In this document: positions 62,269 to 64,000 of the stretch, in pieces | Layout of the letters: every line of letters begins with the position of its first letter | Numbering within the stretch: the stretch's first letter is position 1 | Assembly: GCA_014905635.1 (NCBI GenBank) | Contig: JABVCE010000007.1 | Coordinates: forward strand, 1,364,001 to 1,428,000 | Source: Scenedesmus sp. PABB004 | Taxonomy: Eukaryota | Direction: 5' to 3' | Length of the DNA: 64,000 bases | Translations under genes and position numbers: made by a program | Notes under the pieces: model-generated | The model's input: only the letters and a program-made list of their open reading frames with translations | The model's database searches: none | What the model was told of the DNA's origin: nothing

Positions 62269-64000
62269 TCACATGTCGCTGTGGCCCGCCGACAGGGAGA
62301 GCAGAATGCCGGCCGCCGACTTGGCGCTGGCAAAGCCGGCCGCCGACTTGGCGGTGCCGTGCCCGCACACCGCCGACGCCGCGCCGCCCGTGTCGCACGT
62401 CAGCGCGCCGCCGCTGCTGTGCGCGCCGCCCCTGCCGCCGCCGCGGCCGAGCTGGCGGCCCACCGACAGCAGCAGCGACACGCCGTCGGCGTCGGGGCCG
62501 AGCTCCGCGCCGCCGGGCGCGTGGCTGGGGTTGTCGATGCTCGACGCGCTGTTGTCGCTGCACACCGAGGCGCTGCCGCCGCGCGACGACGCGCCGCCCA
62601 TGCGGTTGCTGCGCACGCGGCTCGCCTGCTTGGACGGCGACGGGCGCGGCGGCGGCTGCGCGGCGCGAGGGCGGGGGCGGCGCGGGCAGGCGGGGGCGTC
62701 AGCGGCGCCGCACGGCGAGCGAGCGCGGGGGGCGGCGCTGCGCACCGACAGTCAGTCGGTCAGGCCGCGCGCGCGCGGCGCTCACCCTGAACGCGCCGCC
62801 CTCGTAGCTGCCGCCCGCGCCGCCGGTCCAGGCCCAGGCCTCGCCGCCGTCGCGGCCCTCCGACCGCGCGGCGTGGTGGCCGCTGCTGCTGCCGCCGCCG
62901 CCCCGCGCCCGCTTGTGGGGCGGCTGCGGGTACCCGGGCGGGAGGCTGCTGCCGTGCTTGGCGCCGCGGGGCGCGCGGGCGTTGGGGTCGAGCAGCCCCA
63001 CCTCGCCAAACGTGGCCGCCGCGTCCTGCCACCAGTGCACGACCGGGCGCGGAGCCGCGGCCGCCGCCGCGCGGTCCACCACCTCCTCGCCGCCGCCGCC
63101 CACGGGCGCCGCCGCCGCGGCCGCGGCGTCGGGCGCGGCGGCGCGCGCCGGCCCCGCGCCGGCGAGCATGCCCGGCACGGCCGCGCCCGCCGCGTCGGCG
63201 CCCGCGCGCGCCGCGCCGCCGGCGGCGCCGTAGTGCGTGGCCATCCAGTATGCGTGCGCGTCAAACGGCGCGCCCGGCAGCGCCCCGCCCCCGCCGCCGG
63301 CGAGGAAGCGCGAGGCAAAGCCGGGCGCGATCTGGGGCATGGGGCGGAACATGTTGAGCCCTGCGGCCGCCGCGGCGGCGAGGCCCGCCGCCGTGGCGTC
63401 CACGGCCGCGACCGCCTCCTGCTGCTGCTGCTGCTGGAGCTGGTGATACTGCTGCTGCTGCTGCTGGTGCTGCGCGGCCGCGGCCGCCGCGTGCTGCGCC
63501 GCCTGCTCCGGCAGCATGGGCGGCGGCGGCGGCATCGCGAGCTGCTGCTGCGCGGCCGCGCCGCGCCAGCTGCCCGGCGCGGCCGCCAGCGGCGGCCGCC
63601 CCGAGCGCTGGCCGGGGCTGCCGCCCGCGTGCCGTGCCGCGCCGGCGTCGCCCGCCACTGCGGGCCCGCCCAGCAGCCCGCTGGCGCGGCGCTTGGGCGG
63701 CTGCCGCCGCTGCCGCTGCTGCTGCTGCTGCTGCTGCGACGCGGGCGCGTCGTCGTCTCCGCCAACCTGCACCGTCTCCTCGCCCGACAGCGCCGGCGCG
63801 GCGCCGCCGCCGCCCGCCGCCGCTGCCGCGCCGGCGGTGCCGCCGCCGCTGCGCTTGCCGCCGGCGAAGCACATGGGCGTCGGGCGGAGCAGCCCCGGCG
63901 CCGCCCCCGCGCGCAGGTAGTAGCGCGCCGGGTTGAGCGCGGCGCAGTCGCAGCTCGCCGGCGGCGGCACCGCGCCGCGCACCGTCGCGGGCAGGTTGGC
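62269..64000 (-). CDS. 3' part of an unknown low-complexity (Gln/Ala/Gly-rich) protein; the 5' end lies beyond the window
   Basis: Open frame from 64000 to a GTGAG donor at ~62785, with polyQ tracts and basic PPKRR/PHKRAR motifs. Probable last exon ends ...AAGILLSLSAGHSDM* at 62269. Confidence 0.65.

Overview
Nuclear genomic DNA of a eukaryote with extremely high GC content. It is intron-rich and gene-dense, and most likely from a chlorophyte green alga (inferred from Y3IP1, a plastid class II DAHP synthase, METH, TGTAA poly(A) signals and CTGAC/CTCAC branch points). Most ORFs in the six-frame track are GC artefacts; real genes had to be spliced together by hand. There are about 23 protein-coding loci: METH (3' end), a coiled-coil orphan, Misato/DML1, BBS7, a METTL4-like MT-A70 methyltransferase, ORC4, DAHP synthase II, a bacterial-type GH20 hexosaminidase, an aldose-epimerase-like pseudoenzyme, C1D/Rrp47, Y3IP1, GOS1, TOP6A/SPO11-3, 14-3-3, RPL37A, UCP, CLC, a histidine phosphatase, an ATP-Mg/Pi-type carrier, a MYND-finger protein, a partial unknown gene, and two disrupted inverted copies of an F-box/LRR gene. 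Main points of interest: (1) the two F-box/LRR copies are mosaics of near-identical blocks and unalignable LRR patches, suggesting a diversifying receptor family; (2) about 20 GC-AG introns, all following an exonic AG; (3) an intron-containing, apparently bacterially derived GH20; (4) a CLC with non-canonical transport residues; (5) a 17-bp inverted repeat across the METH stop codon. No rRNA, tRNA, CRISPR array or transposase was found. Family calls come from recalled motifs, not database searches.
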